The notes beneath the pieces were generated by a model that saw only the letters and a list, made by a program, of their open reading frames with translations, was not told the origin of the DNA and did not search any database. Both the position numbers and the translations under genes were made by a program. Positions 35,599 to 51,800 of a stretch of DNA of 64,000 nt are shown here, piece after piece. Positions within the stretch are counted from its first letter, which is position 1. Every line of letters starts with the position of its first letter. Origin of the DNA: Balanoglossus misakiensis (Eukaryota > Animalia > Hemichordata); NCBI GenBank assembly GCA_040954595.2, contig CM082577.2:2790001-2854000 (forward strand). The letters run 5' to 3'.

Positions 35599-36637
35599 GT
35601 GGTCGACGTACTGCGTGGGCATTAAGGGAATTCTAAAGGTGACTTTCCTGGTTGTTAAAAAGAAGCTGTCTTTGAAATTTTAATTTTCATTTATGTTTTC
35701 CTACATATCACTGTAAGGCACAAACAACTGGGAAGGCAAGAACGCCTTTTGTCGCATGAATTATGCAGAAGCAGGGATCAAACAGAACGTTTTATATTTT
35801 TTCTAATCTCGAGGGACCTTTCGAATCATGGTGGCACTTCTAGCAAGGTGCGGTCTGCATGTTGTCATACACACACAGTAGTGGATACATCCTAAAGATG
35901 AAAATACTGTTATTTTTCGCGACGGAAAATTTTCACGATATCAAAAGAGTTACGCGAGGATGTAATTTTCGCATTCTTGTATTTCACTGCATCGTTATCT
36001 CCGAAAAACATTTCTACGCGACTTTTTATTTTCATGGGTTTTTTTAGCTTTAAAAGGAATTGAAATGAGCTCTAATACAGGAATTGATTCTTTGACTGAA
36101 AATAACCAAATGAAAACACCTGAAAGAGTGAAAACACGAAAATAGACACATGGCAAATTGTTTTCCAAGAATTGATATGAAGAGAGTGAGAACCAACCAA
36201 TTCATCAACATGGGAGGCCAATTTATCAATCAATGAATATCAGTTCTGAGTATTAGCTGTTTTTCAAAGCAAGGATAAACGTCACTGAGCAAATGTGTTC
36301 TCAGCACGGCCACTGCCAATAGTTTTCCCATAATGACATCAGAAAATGAATTCAATTGGAATATTCTATATGTTCTCACATATTCCAATGCACTGAAGCA
36401 TGCAGTCAACTTTCTGGAAACTGAAAACCCCCAAAGTTTATTTTTAATTTTATAGTCTACCATTAAACAAATGTTGTCTCCGGGGGAGGGGGGGGCACAA
36501 TTATTCTCTACCAGCATAATTTTTTTTTGTAATTGGGGTTTTAAAAACATTATAATTTAATAGTGTGAAAGTAGAATAAAATTTCTGACTCAATGGAGAT
36601 CTGAGAATCAAGTATGTACACGATCCTCTGTTTGGCA

Positions 36638-36808
36638 TTAAAGCTCCATGAGCTGCAACTTGATAAATCTCAGATATGCTTTTAATTCTATTGCCTGATA
36701 GTATATCGTGAGAACACTTATTTATGATAAAATGTACAGTATAGGTGAATAGGTTTGAAAATAAATTTCATTATGATTTCTCAAGAGTTGTAGCTCATGA
36801 GGCTTTAA
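36638..36808. mobile_element. Short degenerate MITE with TTAA flanks (Kolobok-like)
   Basis: TTAA-agctccatgagctgcaact ... agttgtagctcatgaggct-TTAA imperfect TIRs; a related degenerate copy lies at ~2594-2736. Confidence 0.55.
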
Positions 36809-39800
36809 GGAAAACTTAAACACACATCAGCGATCATAGAAGTGGATTTTTTTCCAACCTACATGAACACCTATACCTTCCATATTTGTGAAAAGCATAT
36901 ATCGTAACCAAATATTTTTTCTTGTGTAGCCTCACCTCCTTCCAAGAAAAATTTCAAGAGCAAAGTACTTTGTATTGATTGTATAAATGCGTCACTGATA
37001 CTGTATTGACAATGTTATTTTCTGAGATCGTAAAATGCGAGTTCTGATGATATTGAGAAACTGCAGGTTCATATAATTCTTCTTCTAGGAAATTTCTGGC
37101 TTCTCTGCAGGACAATTGTCCTTTTTCTCTGATTGTGTCAGCTAGCTCGCAGCATGTACACGTAATATATGGCTTCTCAGAAAATATCAAAGGGAAAAAA
37201 AATATTGTGGATGATTACATTTATATCATATCATCAAATCCTCTCATCTTCAGTGCTGATGAAAAAAAGTCTGAAAATTTGACTACATTTGTATATAATA
37301 AATGTCATGAATACCCTTTCCCCTGAATTTCATGAAGAAAATGCTTTTATGTTAAAAAAGGAAATGCTACTCTTACATTTGGCAAGATGATATTGTTGTT
37401 TTTTCAGCATGTACATCAGAAGAAGCATTCATCTTGCATTTTGAGTTTGAAGAGTGCATCATTTTGGGTATATTGATGTAGGTGTTAAAAATGCTTGACA
37501 ACCGGCCCTGCCGCGCTAATCCTTTAACCAATTAGTTTTCTGATCGACACTCTCATAGGAAACGCATCCCTTAAATATACTGTTAGCTAATTTTGAGCTT
37601 ATGAGAAAATTGCTAATTTTTACAATATAATTTTGGGGACAGTCATAGTGTTAGAGAAGCAAATTCTGTGTATTTCTGTTACATCTATGATAATTTTAGA
37701 TATGCAGGCTTCTGTATGTGATTTAGGTCAGAATTGCTGCTATTTTCAGTGGAAGTTCTTTGATTTGTATATAGGACAATTAACTTTCTCAAAACAGAGG
37801 AACAATAATAGTTAATTTTCAGATGACACATAAATAAAAAAACAGTGGCTTTTCACTTCAAATAGAAAATACAAATGAATAAAGATACATGAGTAAGAAC
37901 TAGCACATAGAGTGCTATGTTTGCAGTATGTTGTACCTATGGCCATCCAGACTTTAAAATGCTATCAGCAGTCATGTTCACTCCAAACCAATCATGTCTA
38001 CACAAAAGCACTCAAACATCAAAGCCTGTCGGACAGACCAGCTGTACAAATACATACACACACAAAAAATATTCATCACCAGTTACTGGTATTCCATGAG
38101 AAAATCCAAAGTCTGTTTGCATTTCTTGCATTCAATAGTTTGAAAGAAAATATTCTGAAAAAATTTTTTTTTGAGAGCTGGTGGGGTACATTGAAGGGGT
38201 GGAAGTGCTGTTTAAGGGGTAATTATCAGAGTATACAGGGTCAAAAGTTGAAATCAAAAAATTGTAATTCAAAATCAGTGACCCATTTCTGGTTTGTTTA
38301 CTGGTATTGACTGCAAGTCACGACATATTCCATGTAGTAACCCTCAGTTATTACTATAAGTAGGTCACAGTCATCTTTATTTCTGCGCGTGTTGTATATA
38401 CAAGTCCCAAAATGCCACTAAACAGATCTTACAAGTGCCCAACGCACCGCTCACTACGATAATGTCCCAATGAGCACAATCAGTAGCTCCATATCAACTT
38501 TGCAACAAGTCACATGACTTTTCCTCTTCTTTTAATATCTAAAATTTACGCAAAGAAACTTCATATTACGTCAATTTTACACAGCTACCATCACCATGGT
38601 AACCCAAAGCACAGTCAACACCATGTTTAATTTCTCTTCCCTTGATAATGCCAAAATTTAAACAATTGTGAAAAAAATGTCATTGTTTTCAAAGAAAGGA
38701 GAACACTTATTGCCTATATTGTGTTACTGTGTCATTTTATGGTATCAATTATATTGCCATGGAACGATGGAATTTCATCTGAATGATGCAATAAAATTTA
38801 TTATTATTGGTTAACAAAAATGGACTTTTATTGTGCTGTTGACAATGAGAACTTCCGAGAATTTCTTGGTTTGAAATTATATTTCTGGAATAGTTTCACA
38901 ACCTATAGTTTCAGATAATTGACAGTTAATTGTCACAACTGCTGTGATTAGTGTATATTCATTAAATCACACTGACTCTCCGGGAGGGATGATGGAAATG
39001 AAGGTATTCTTTCTGAATATGGGAAAAGTACAAATGTATTACAGAAATATGTGGAAAATGATGAGCAGATGGTAGTTTCCTGATGACATATTAAAGAGAT
39101 ATTATGGCACACTTAGTTAACACTGGAAGTGTAAAAAATTCAGACTGAAACAGTTATTATTTTTTATCAATTCTGAAATGAAATGAGGATTTCTTTGAAA
39201 TTTCTGGTAGATTTTGTGATGTAATCAAAAGTGTGTATCCTCCAAATTTTATTTTCCAGAGTGTCAATTCAGTAAAAAAAAAAAACTGTGAAATAAATTC
39301 CCCTTTTTTTTGTTTCTTTCTGTTTCAATTGCATGGAAATTCAGATGTTTTTATGTCCAGTAGTTTTGGTTAAATTTTAATGCTTCCTTCATTCTACCAC
39401 AGGATGACATCACTATTTATTTTCATCGAAGTTTTCGTTGTAAACAAGTGATAAATTTGGAAGGAAACCAACACAGCTTAGAGGAGCTAGCCAATAACTG
39501 TTTTGCTGGCTGGCTGCCATACATTAACATTTCAAACAGTTTTGCATATTTGCCACTCTGAATAGGACCTGGATCAAGCCTGGGACCTAGACAGACTGGG
39601 TGGGGAGGGACTGGTACATTTTGGGGGAAGCGTTAGGTCACCAAGCAAGGACGTTTTCGATAAACTACAGACAAAATGTTCTAACCCATAAGAACATTTT
39701 CAAATATCATGCTTTTTAGCATCAAACAGACCTTCAAAGTTCATCAGAAGAAAAAACAACACCTCACTAATTGTTACCCGGAAGTAAGTTTAAAAGTCCA

Positions 39801-42800
39801 AACTGGATGTATACATTCCTGTTTCCAGTTTCGATACGTGATATTTATTAAACAAAACACCTCATCAATTTATGTCAAAACCAGATGCCCGATATACACT
39901 TTATGACATCTTAAGTTTCAGATTTTTCTGTCGCCCCATTTTCAGTACGCAGCAGAGCTAGTTTTTGTTTTTTAGTTTCACTTTGAAATCTGAAAAAGTG
40001 CAATGCCTGCGTCTTGCATGGGTGATTTTAAGTTTCAAGGATGTCTATTTCAAAACTCAGTAGTTAATGAAAAAGAAACTCTTAATTGGCACATGCTGTG
40101 ATAAATGTAATACAGAAAAGTTAATTATTATGCGGGTGTTTGGAGAATTTTAATACAAAGAAAATCTGTCCTATCTAAAAGAGAAGAGATATGGGAGTCT
40201 TTGGCATTAGAGTAAACTATAAATGTGTGTTTCTAAGATTTCACAATCAAAGTTTGGGGGAACATGGTGCAACAACAATTGTTTTGATTTCTTTCAGCCC
40301 CCCACCCCCACACCAAATGTCACATGACAATTGTCTTTGAAACAGGAGTGGGTGGGGAATTCATCGGATGATACTGACAATTCCAAACTGCTCATTAATT
40401 ATTGATCAGAGATACAATGCAATTCTGTTCCTCAAAACCCCCCACATATTCTCGAGTCATTCCTGGGCCTCTGACATGGATGATTTCGCCTCCATGATTC
40501 AAGTACCGGAATCTGCAAAGCTAGTCAGTGTGCCAAAGTGCAATGTACACATCAAAATTTTAAGAGTTTCGATCACTCTCGTAACTGGTAACCCGATGGA
40601 GCCAATAGTGATAAATGGTTTTGCATATAGCTAGTTATCATGTAATTAAATATCCTCCTGTATATGTTAACATGGATGCATGCTGATTGGCTGAAGTTTT
40701 AATTGAATTGCAACCACTTAATTTCCACCCCCAGCAACAGCTTTGTCTGGTGGCTGTTTGAAAAGTACAACTTTGAGTTTTGTAAAGTTTGCCTTACCAC
40801 ACTCCCTGAGTGTGTTGTTGAGCAAATAAGTTGAAGTTAAAGTATGTCAGAATTCATCTGGACTCAAAACTGGCCGTGTCCTATATGTATGTCATTCGAA
40901 CATGACATCATGTGAATTAGCAAATATTGTAAAGAACTTTTCAAGTTTCTGTGAATTTGTGTTGTTTTTAGTTTGTACACTCTGTGCTAACAAATTTTTA
41001 AAACCATTTTGTCACATTTTAGTCAGGAAAGAACTCCTTTATGTTTCATTAGCTGGTATTATCCTTGTACCGGTACTCTGACTCTCCTGTGAGACATGAT
41101 CCGTCCAAAGTTTTCTTCTCAGCCAGGTTGAAGGGTTAATAATATCATCGTGCGACATGCAGCTGATGTGATGCAACTTTTAATATATGACACACAATGA
41201 AACATTGTGGTTTGGTACGGTGGCGTGATACTCCCACTAAAGTAGGATGTTATTCACAAGGGATGAAAGTTTAATCCTCTGGTTTTCGCAATCATTGCAT
41301 TGTTCATAAGTTTTATTTGTATAACACGGTGACCTAATGTTTACTCCTGGAAATCTGATTGGTTGGTATAACCGCTTGAAACACACAGTACACTTGCAGG
41401 CTCAGAAAACAAAGAACAAAACAAAAACAAACTTTTACATACGTGGTTCACTACATTAGGCTTCAGTTTTACATACTAGTCAATTCACCATGTATTTTAG
41501 TTTATCGGCATTGTAAATGTACGGAATTACTGAATACTGAATAATAAATTAAGTTCTGTGAAATGTTAATGTTATATTTAATTATGTATAACAAAAAAAA
41601 ATCGCCAAAAATAATAAAGATAGCACTTTTGCCGTTTTGTTGACATATTTGACCTTGAAGTGAGCACTCACCATATTCTGCTATTATTAAATTATTAGCT
41701 TCTGAAGGAAAATCTACCGCAGTCTTTTCAATTTTACCACAGATTAACCTGAATTTTAATGATTTATGCTCATCTTTTGACTATGGTTAAATATTCATGC
41801 AATGTTCATGGACACAAACCATTTACTCTTGAGAGGAAGCTTAGGGTCATGAAGCTTATTTACATACATCATTGTGTGCAGATTTTAACACCAAGCCATC
41901 GCCATATCACTTGCAAAACCAGATCTCTTGAACAAGCGATCGACCTCCCCTAGGAATTATCAAATAGCATTATACCCAATTCAATATACAGAAACAAATT
42001 ATAATACCACTCTAGCTTTAGTCAGCCAACACTTCACTGTGACATCTTGAGACTATAAATATCCTGAAGACTGAATATCTAATCTTCTTCTCCAGTTCTG
42101 AGAAACCATTACAATTCTTCTTTGCTGTAGACTGTTGAATGTCAAAGCAGGGTAGAATCTGATATGACTTGAAATTGCAGGATTTTCTAGGCTCTCCCGT
42201 TTTTAGTTCTTCCTTTTATATAATATTTGCTCTCACATTTGTATTTCTAAAAATGTTAGCATTGGAAAAAGGGGAGTTCAAAGGGAAATGCAGGTTTCTT
42301 CCATTATTTTGGTAAATCTGCAGCATTTTGAGCTGGAAAAGGTAAAGAGACATATTACTCATCTCTGACTATGACCTTGGTGACATTTGGTTCCCTATAT
42401 TTTAGTAAGATTAATTATAATTTACAATACGAGATTGCTGTTATTTGACTAACTAGCTAGGGCACTATATAAAACCTGATGTAATTTCTAGTACTGGGTA
42501 TTGACCCAAAATTGTGTCGTGAAAAGTCATTATTTGTGTTTGGATATCGAAATTCGACCCTTTCATATTCAGGTCAGCCGATATCACGGCTATATATAGT
42601 CATGCATGCAGTCACCTTGGCAAGTCAGTCACCTTGATTACACTGTGTTCCAAGAAAATCCTGATATTATGCGAGCCTGAAGGGATGCATGCGTGACATT
42701 GTGAATACTGTCAGTCAACTCAAAAGATGCAGAATGGGTTTCAAAGTAGACCAAGGGTTATCTAAAGGAATGGCAAGGTTGATCATATAGACTAGCATAT

Positions 42801-45800
42801 ATTCTTTGTCACGCAATTATTATTTTTTTTTAAATGAAAAAAAACCCAACCCTTTGATAGTCAGGCACTTATCAGTTTTCAAAAGACGAAAAACCTTCCA
42901 CATTTTATACTTGATAAAAAGTACAAGAAAAGATATTTAAATAATTTTTAGTTATAAAATGAGGATATTTAGATCTGGTGAGTTTTTCAAGTAGGCAATT
43001 GAAAAAAAATCTTAGTTTTTTTTGTCCATGGCATGTGTAGGTAGGATTTTGGAGAAAAACCCATAGCTCAATCAAAACTAGATCTCTGACCTGGAAACCA
43101 TTTGGCGGCTCAGCTTATTTATGTCTTTCTGTTTTATTTCCCATTTGTTTAGTGGAAAAAGCCTTTTGGTCACTGCTGAAAGAAGAGCATATGCTATTTC
43201 TTTATTTAAATTTATTATTTATTTATGCATTTATTTTTTAATTTGGGTCATTTTAGTCTCCCAGTTTACTACCAGCAAATTAATTTTCCGAAAAACACGC
43301 AATCTGCCCATAGGTAATAAAAGAACAAGGAAATAAAAGCAAAATATTAAAAAAATTGACTAATTTTCATTGGTTTCCTGGTCGAGGGAATGATTTATAC
43401 CTAATTTGTACATAAAATCAGTTTGGTATTGTGTTCAAGGGTTCATTTTTTCTTGGAAATCTATATATACATGTACCCACAAATGGACAGCAAGCAAGGA
43501 ATTTTGTGGTCTCTAATGTGTGCCATGGAAATATTTCCAAGAAAATGATCATTCTTGACATTTCATGCTGTGTGATTGGAAGTCAATTATAACTTCTGTT
43601 TGAAATTTATTAAAAGCAGATTTGGTTTTCTGCAGGCACTCAGGTTAGGATATTACATGTACATACGGAAAAAAGATGGGAAAATATACCCTGGTATTTC
43701 AATAGTTTTTTTTCAATTTGTTAGCTCACCTGTATATTGAATTGTTAATTGAGGCAATTAATCATCACCCACATAGGTGTCAATCATCCAAAATTAATTT
43801 CAACACTATTAAAAGTAACAATTAAGAGCCAATAAAAATCACACAAACACTAAAAAAGGTTAACAACCTTATTATGGAACAGATCACTTTCTGCCTGATT
43901 TGCAATGTTATGTAATTCATTTTGAACATTGTCATTACTTATTATATGACAGCATTGTATTCTGTCAAACATGTCAACATTTAGTATTATGATCTTGAAG
44001 GCAGGGCATTCCAGTGAAGAATATTTTAAGCTAAGGATTGTCAGTAAACAGTATAATTAGGCAAATTTACCCTATAAGTAATTGAGAGTTCCTGCCAGAA
44101 ATTAGGATGTTAAATTTTGCACATCTCAGGGTTTTTTAGCACAATTACACAAGTACATGTATACGAGCTAGCTCACAGTGCACTAAATAGAACAGTCGCC
44201 ATAGGAGGGCTCACTTCGCATGACTGACTAGATTATTATCAGTATAGTGTGTTCTCTGGATATATTGAAGACTGTTACAATGTTCCAATATAAGCGAACT
44301 TACCCCCAAATCTCGGTCGTCCCTATTATTATAAATATGGGGAGGCTGCAATTGTTACAAGCTTCTCCAGGTACTTTATTATGTATGCATAATCAGCTGT
44401 ATAAGATGAAGGCAAATTCCAGGAATATTGCCTCAATATCGGTAAATTCCTAGAAAATGCACAATTATGTTTGACTGAGCTGAGTCTGTGTTTTTACCAG
44501 TTTGCTGTGGTTATTTAAGTGTACTGCCAGAAAGACACGTCCACAAGGGTACGTAAAGACAGAATGTGAAAATCTCTCTGCATCATGGGTGTCACCTTGG
44601 AGGTGACGACCATTTCTGATTGGTGGAAAAAAATAGGCACATACATGCAGACTTTAACCCACCACTGTGATAGCTTCACTAAAGGACCCCTACCTAAATT
44701 TATAAATGACATCATGTGGCTATTTTTGGCAACGCGTCGGCCATTCGAAAGAGAAAGAGAAAAGTCCAGGGGAAAATTCTAGAAAATTTTGCGTCATTTT
44801 GGAAAAGTTTGCTGATTATGGTATCAAAGTTCCCTGAAAAGGGACAGAAAATGAAAACGGGGACTAATTCTTGTGAACCAATTGGAGTGGGTTTATGGCA
44901 ATTCCTTAAATGATTTAAATACATGTATATACCCTGGAAATTATGTGAGTTTTTTATACGTATGCATGTAAGAAAACAAGAAGCCAACATACTGGTTTAT
45001 CTAAATAATTATGCCCCTACCCTAATAGGGACTATTGAATGACTTTTAATTATGATGTCAAAATGCAGAATTCATTTGCCACATGCTTGGAAACTATGGC
45101 CGTTAATTTTCAAACAAAATCTGGACTGAGCAGGGGGCTCTAGATTAAAAAAAAAAAAACTAAGCATAAAATTAGCCCAATGTGTGAATTAATGAATGCC
45201 TAGAACCATTTCTGTGTTTGTTTTAAGATCAAGAAATGGCTGCCGCTTACTAAGGGTCTGTCTTCTTCATAACAATATAAAAAAAATGATAACTTCAACT
45301 TAGAAATAGTTTTAAAAATATATAAAAAACACCATGTAAAACTTAGTAAGTGGATGTTTATGGAGACTTTATAATTGGTACATGTAGTTAGGTGACTGGA
45401 GATTTGGAAATGCTGTTGGGAATGAATTTGATGTTCATTTTTTATGAGTGTTTTGTGTGTTGTGATTTGTGTGAATTTTTAATAGCACCATATTGGTTAC
45501 ATAAATCACAGTTTTTAGTATTCTTCCCAGAATTCTAATCCTTTAATGGTTTGCTACAATGTATGTGAATGTTTGGATTGGTTTGAATATAGTTATAGCC
45601 AACCCTTGTTCCCACTAATTTGTAAGTAAATAACATAATTATGACTTTATAAGTGCAGTTTGTGGTTTATAGACATTTTCAATTCTCATATTTTGAACTC
45701 ATCTGCAGCGACACTTAGAAGTCTCTTGGTCTCCATGAAGTAGTTTGCGGTTAACGATCACTCTCTGAATTTGTCAAAGTTTGTGGTTGGGTCTGTAAAT

Positions 45801-48800
45801 TATCTGTATAGTGCGAATGAATTGTTTTATAGCTGTGTGTTGACTCAGAAGGTTATAGGTTGCCCAGTTTTTGTCTGAATAATTACAGGTTGCATGGCTA
45901 CTGAATGTCTTCACTATAATATACTGATCTGCAGAAAACAATTTTACATCATTTTGTCACAGAAGACCCTTGTGTGATAAATTTCAAATGAGAACTGGAT
46001 AATTCTAGTCCCTCTTGGCAGCATCGTGCAAATTATTGGCAGCATCATGTCAATTCTCTAAATTTCTTGTGGTTTTATGGCAACAAATTTATAGTCATCA
46101 TGGAAATAGCTGGCTGATTTCTTGGTAATTTGCAGTTTAGTCTTGCTCTTCATCAGGAATTTTCAGTATTAATAGCTGTCTGTACTCTTAAGAAGTACTG
46201 AGCTAACTGAATTCTAATAATAAATAGTTTTGTGGCCATTATAGTTTCTGGTATTTTTGCGGTAAAACCATCTTAGATCTCTTTGTCAGCTGCTGGTGTC
46301 ATTTGTACAATGGGCCTTCTTCAGTGACAATAAATTTGTAAAAGCCTTGATAATAGTTGAATTTAATGTCTTTTGACTGAGCCAGGTGCAAACCTCTCAT
46401 TGCAATCACATTGGCAGTGTCAAATTTCACATTTTCATTAAAAGTATATCCTCAAGGCAAGTGTAGAGATAGAAGATGGCTATAATTATCTTGCACCAAA
46501 CATTTCCAATGATCCTGCCAGACTAGCTTTGTGTGTGCATGCATGGCTGTGTATGCGCTTGTACATGCATGCACTGTGTTAGAGGGTGGCTTTAGGAATA
46601 AAATTATGGCATGGTATTGAAAACATTTTCTTCAACCTTTATACATGTACATACTGAAAGTTGCAATAATAATTAAGTGAAGTTTGGCACATGTTTATTG
46701 TTGTGTGTTTTTTTTTTACTGCAGAGGCATTCCGAATTCTTAGTGTGAGTGTCAATTGACAGGATATTCTGAATTCTTGATATGTTGTTGACAGCATAAA
46801 TTTTTTGTCTCTTTATAGGCTATTAAACGCACATGCACTAGAACCAGTGAAGTTCAGAATTGTGGAATAATATGCATTAAAGGACTCATCTGAACTAAAG
46901 GACCCAACAAAGGCCAAACTGCATCATCAATATTTCAACATGCACACAGTCAAAATTGTAAACAGAGGTAAGAGGCTTGTTTGTCACGTTTATTTTCAAA
47001 TGAATAGTCAATATTTTTAGCACTGCAGGGATGCAGTATACATATGGGATTACAAGCAATTATTTTTCTTTTGTTGTCTGACAACTTTTCTATTTTCAAA
47101 TCATAATTAATCTTTCAATTCCTGTATCTGATATTTTGTATGCCATGTTGGTTCCTTGGATAGACTAATTTAGTTGGATTTGTTCCACTTTTATGTGTTT
47201 AGATACATCTACAAATATTTTCCGACTAAAGTGTTTTGGCCATTTTTGTTCAGAAAGAATTTATCTAAATATGCACATGTAAAATTTTAATTATTTATTT
47301 ATTTGCGTTTCTGGCTTTTATCATACTAAACAAGTGTATGATTTTAATAGTTGGATTACAATATGTTGCAGGTTCAAGTATATATGTATTGTTTTTTTTG
47401 GAGAAAACATATCCATTTTCTCACTGATCAAATTATGTCAGCTAGAAGATAATAGTTGCTCAAAGCTATTTTCTAAACTTCCCTGATTTTCACAGGGGGG
47501 TTAAATCTTAAACATTTTCTTTATGACCTTAAGAAATTCATAAACTTGTTCACATTTGTCACTTAAAAATTTTAATCATGTCAAAAACTGCTATTATTCT
47601 CTTTAATTGTTTGGTAGGAAAAACATTAATTGACACCTCTGCAGGCCAGCCAAGTGACCGCCAGAACAAAGTGTGTACTGTACGGTATATTGTTGATTCT
47701 ATACACAGCTGGCAAGGGGTTTAAATTATCAATTCAGACTTGGCAAAGATGTACCTGAAATACTTGAGTCTGGGCAGGGTTTTTTAAAAAGCTGGACCCT
47801 GGGAATCACACTGTTGCATATATTGTACTTGGTTAACCTTCAACATTGTTATAAGTGTCTTGTTATTTTAGATATTGCACACTACAGCCTCCTTTTCCAG
47901 GAAACTGTTAAGCTTTAACTTCGTGCTCTTAAAACCTATAAAAAAACAAGAACTAAACAAGGTCACTGGAAAAGATTTACTCCTGTTGCTTTTATTTTCC
48001 CCTGCGACTTTCCTCATATCACATTTTTGCATAAAATGATTGAGTCATGAAATCATCTTGTGCATGTCTCGTGCATGTGCTAATTAATTAAAGTAGGTGT
48101 TTTTAGTGTTATTTTGATTACACAATGTATGAGAGGGCAGCCGGTTACACAGATGCATGGGGTGCCATGCAAAGTAGGTCACAAATTTTATGTTAGACTA
48201 AATTATGAAGGTCGATCGACTAAAATTTTAAATAGTTTGGAGGTTGTGTGTAAAATTCCCTGTGACCCGACTGGACATCACAAATTCCATGTCTGTGCCA
48301 GAAATTACATGTACCTTCAAGTGGATCATACTGCAAAATACATCATTTGTCAGAGTAGAATCAATACTACAGCGATTATATTCCCGTCCTGTCAATCGTT
48401 GGCCAGGAATTCACATACTGGCCGCACAGTGTTCATACAAAAGACACATATATTGGCATATTCCATCACATTCTAGGAATTGGTCAAACAAGAAAATACG
48501 TACAGCTGATAAAACTGAAAAAATAGTCATGGCTGATGGAGCTTTAACGTCAACTCATCAGATCCATTTATCAGAACTTAAGGCAGGGGTTACATTACAA
48601 GAAAAAGATATCTCCTCTGACGACATAAAGCCCTATAAATGACTTCTATTCAAGGAATTCTGCAGGGACGTATCATATTCATAACCATTGTTTCTTGGTA
48701 ATATCACGTCATAATTCCAGGTGTTCCGCTGCACATTGTTACAAGATAATTTTCACATAGAAAACTTAATATCAATTGGCACTAATTATGAAATGTGAAA

Positions 48801-51800
48801 CAGGCTAGGGAATGGAAAAACATATTTTTGTTTTCATGATGGGATTATATTTTTAGTCATTTTGCCGGAGCTGAATATTGAGCAGAAACACATGTTAGAG
48901 CATGGTTAGGTCATTCACTCTTTCCCCCTTAAGAGCTTCTAGGTTGTCGTAATCACATTCTGAGAATACTTAGAACGAGATCCCTGATTAAAGTGCAGAT
49001 GTTGTGAAAAAAAATCCAGCAGCCTGCTTGCAGCATGCATAATCTCTCTTCAAGAAGTCGATCCGTCTCAGGGTGTCAATCGAGACACGTAGTGCTAAAA
49101 TAACCACTGCTTATCTGTTCATTGACATCAAGGTGCCACTTTTACCTCTGCAGTCATCGATCGCTGCAATGCGATCTTTTGAATTCAGCCTGGAATTCTG
49201 AGAAGTTGGATCGAGGGAAATGCACTTTCAATTCAGTTCCTAAATCAGGACATGGTTAACCCAGTAATGTGAACAAATGTGGTACGTGACTGCATGCACA
49301 AGCAGCAAGTGGCAGTATTGAAAGTTCTGAGATGTAATTGCTCTAGTATACACTTTTTAAATTTAGCTGAAACACTAATTTTTTTTTCTAATTTCTGCCA
49401 TCAATATGAAAAACTTAAAAGTCAATCTTTTATAAGATATATGATATTTGTCATTAACTTAACACTGTAACAATACTTAGATGAATAATTAGTTTGCTTC
49501 AATATTTAGGGGATCTTTTCGAGGAATTGGCATTATGGTGGGCCGGCAGAGCTCCAGTCTGTTTATGGAAGCTTATAGAATAGAAGCCTAGTTGAGCAGT
49601 GGACATAAACACATTTTACCTGGGATGGCAACCAGGTGGCATATGCTGCAGCCTGATGGGATAATCCTCTCAGTAAAGACCACCACTGTTTAGGGTATAG
49701 TACAGGTATACCTGTAAAGCCCTGCGATCTAGGATTATTTCTGGCTCTACATGGTCATGTACATGGTATACATATGTCCCCAACATTTTTGATAATGAGG
49801 CTGAAGAGGCCATTCCCAAATAATAACATTCATTCCTTTGGATGTGTCGTACGTGTACACGTACATCGTCCATTTTTAGTAGACATATATTACCCGGAAA
49901 CTGGTTAAATGACGTGGCTGATCTCTGCAGTTTCGCATATACTCAACTTTTCTCAGAATTGTTTATATCCACTCTGGCACACATTCAATACCTGGGTGTT
50001 CAAATTCCCATGAAGTTAAACAAAGCAGAATAATTCATATATGACATCACAACAATACCGTGGCATGCGCCCTCACAAGTTCACGTGAAGACAGACGCGT
50101 GAAAGCGCCAGCGGCTTAATAACTCATCAGTAAATTCCAAGTAAATTTACCATCTGGTTGCATTTCCAGTACTTAGAATTTATTTAGGAGTAAATATCCT
50201 GACTCATGAAGTTACATGTGGTCTAAAATGATTGGTCAGTTGGCAGAACGAAAGTTACGACTGATCAGAATAACCTGGGCACGCCCTCATCGGTTGCGAC
50301 CGGGTACGGTAAGCATGTACATGTCTTTCAGTAATATTATAAATTTGTTTACACTTAAATTATAATTTCTACAAGGAATTTTCTGTATAGAATTAATTTA
50401 ATTATAAAACAGCTTCATACCACCAGTGGTGGACTATGGAGTCCTGTGATCACAATATACAGCAGCCATTCCACCTGATACGAGAGTTTACGATGGGCCA
50501 GGCCTCAGCTCATGTGATTGAAATTAAACTGTGAAACTTATGAACTCAATTAGCCAACTTCCTCTGTATTATATACATTCATAAGTTCTCAGAATTAATT
50601 CACATAATTGATAATTGCCTCGATCCTCTCCGACCCATACCTCTCAATATTGACTGTGCGCCCCCACCGACATAGCCGATGCCATATTGTACGCTTTGTG
50701 CAAATTTTCATTTATTGGTATGCACTTCTCATCTTGCAATTGAAGTTCTATCATAGTTTTTCCCAGTATTCTAGGACTTGCATGTTACATAGAAACCACC
50801 TGTCAAAAATTCCAACAATTATACAGTACACGTATCGGCATGTATATACACGACAACGCTTCCGCGTTTTTCTCGGAAAACACAATGCTAAATTAAACAT
50901 GGTGTAATTACAGAAACCATGATGCAATAAAGTCGAAACTGAAACTCCATATGAACATTTCAGATTAATGAAGATAACTAAAAACTAAAATGTTTCAATC
51001 TGATTGGTGGCGATTAAACAACGTGGAATGTACAGTACGTTGAAATGCGCCCTCACACGTGTCGATTTTCAGACGTATTTAATACACTCAGTGTTATTAT
51101 GTACTCATTGAAGATACAGCTAATACTTATCAATAACAAGAAATTCCATTTTTATGATCTCAGTGAAATTAATTAATTTGATTGTTTTAATACTGTATTG
51201 AAATAGGCAGGAATTTGTGAATTTGCATCTTACAGTAAAATCAGTTAAGTATAGGCAAACAATTGAATTGCAATGTAAAATTGATGCACATTGCATTAAG
51301 TATACATTTTTGATGTAATCTTTCTCAAGTGCATTAAAGCAGGAGCCACATGGCTCATCTGGGTGGTTTGGTAAATTAGTGACACGAAACTATAATGCTC
51401 TCTTTCATTACGATCCAAAACTGAAACTAAATTTAAGTACGTGCATGTTCTGTCATGACATCATGCACAGACACACAACCTGGCCCAAGTGTTTTTCTAA
51501 TGCTATCTTGTTGTTTTTTTTGGGGGGAATGACCAAAATCTCACCATGGCATGGTTATGCCCCTTTGAGGACATGCATCAGACAGTATACCTGAGTGTCA
51601 GAATTTGGTATTTTATTTTGCACAACATTTTAAATTTTAAAGTAGGTTTCAGTTTCGATTGGCAAGTTTTGAACGGAACGCCTTTTGTGAACACATGCTC
51701 ATGCATATCAGTTAGCCTTGGAACCACTTTGAGTGAGGTCCTCCGGGATTGGTCGTCTAAGTTTGTGTCGATTGTTTATGCCGATTATGCCGTAGTGTTT

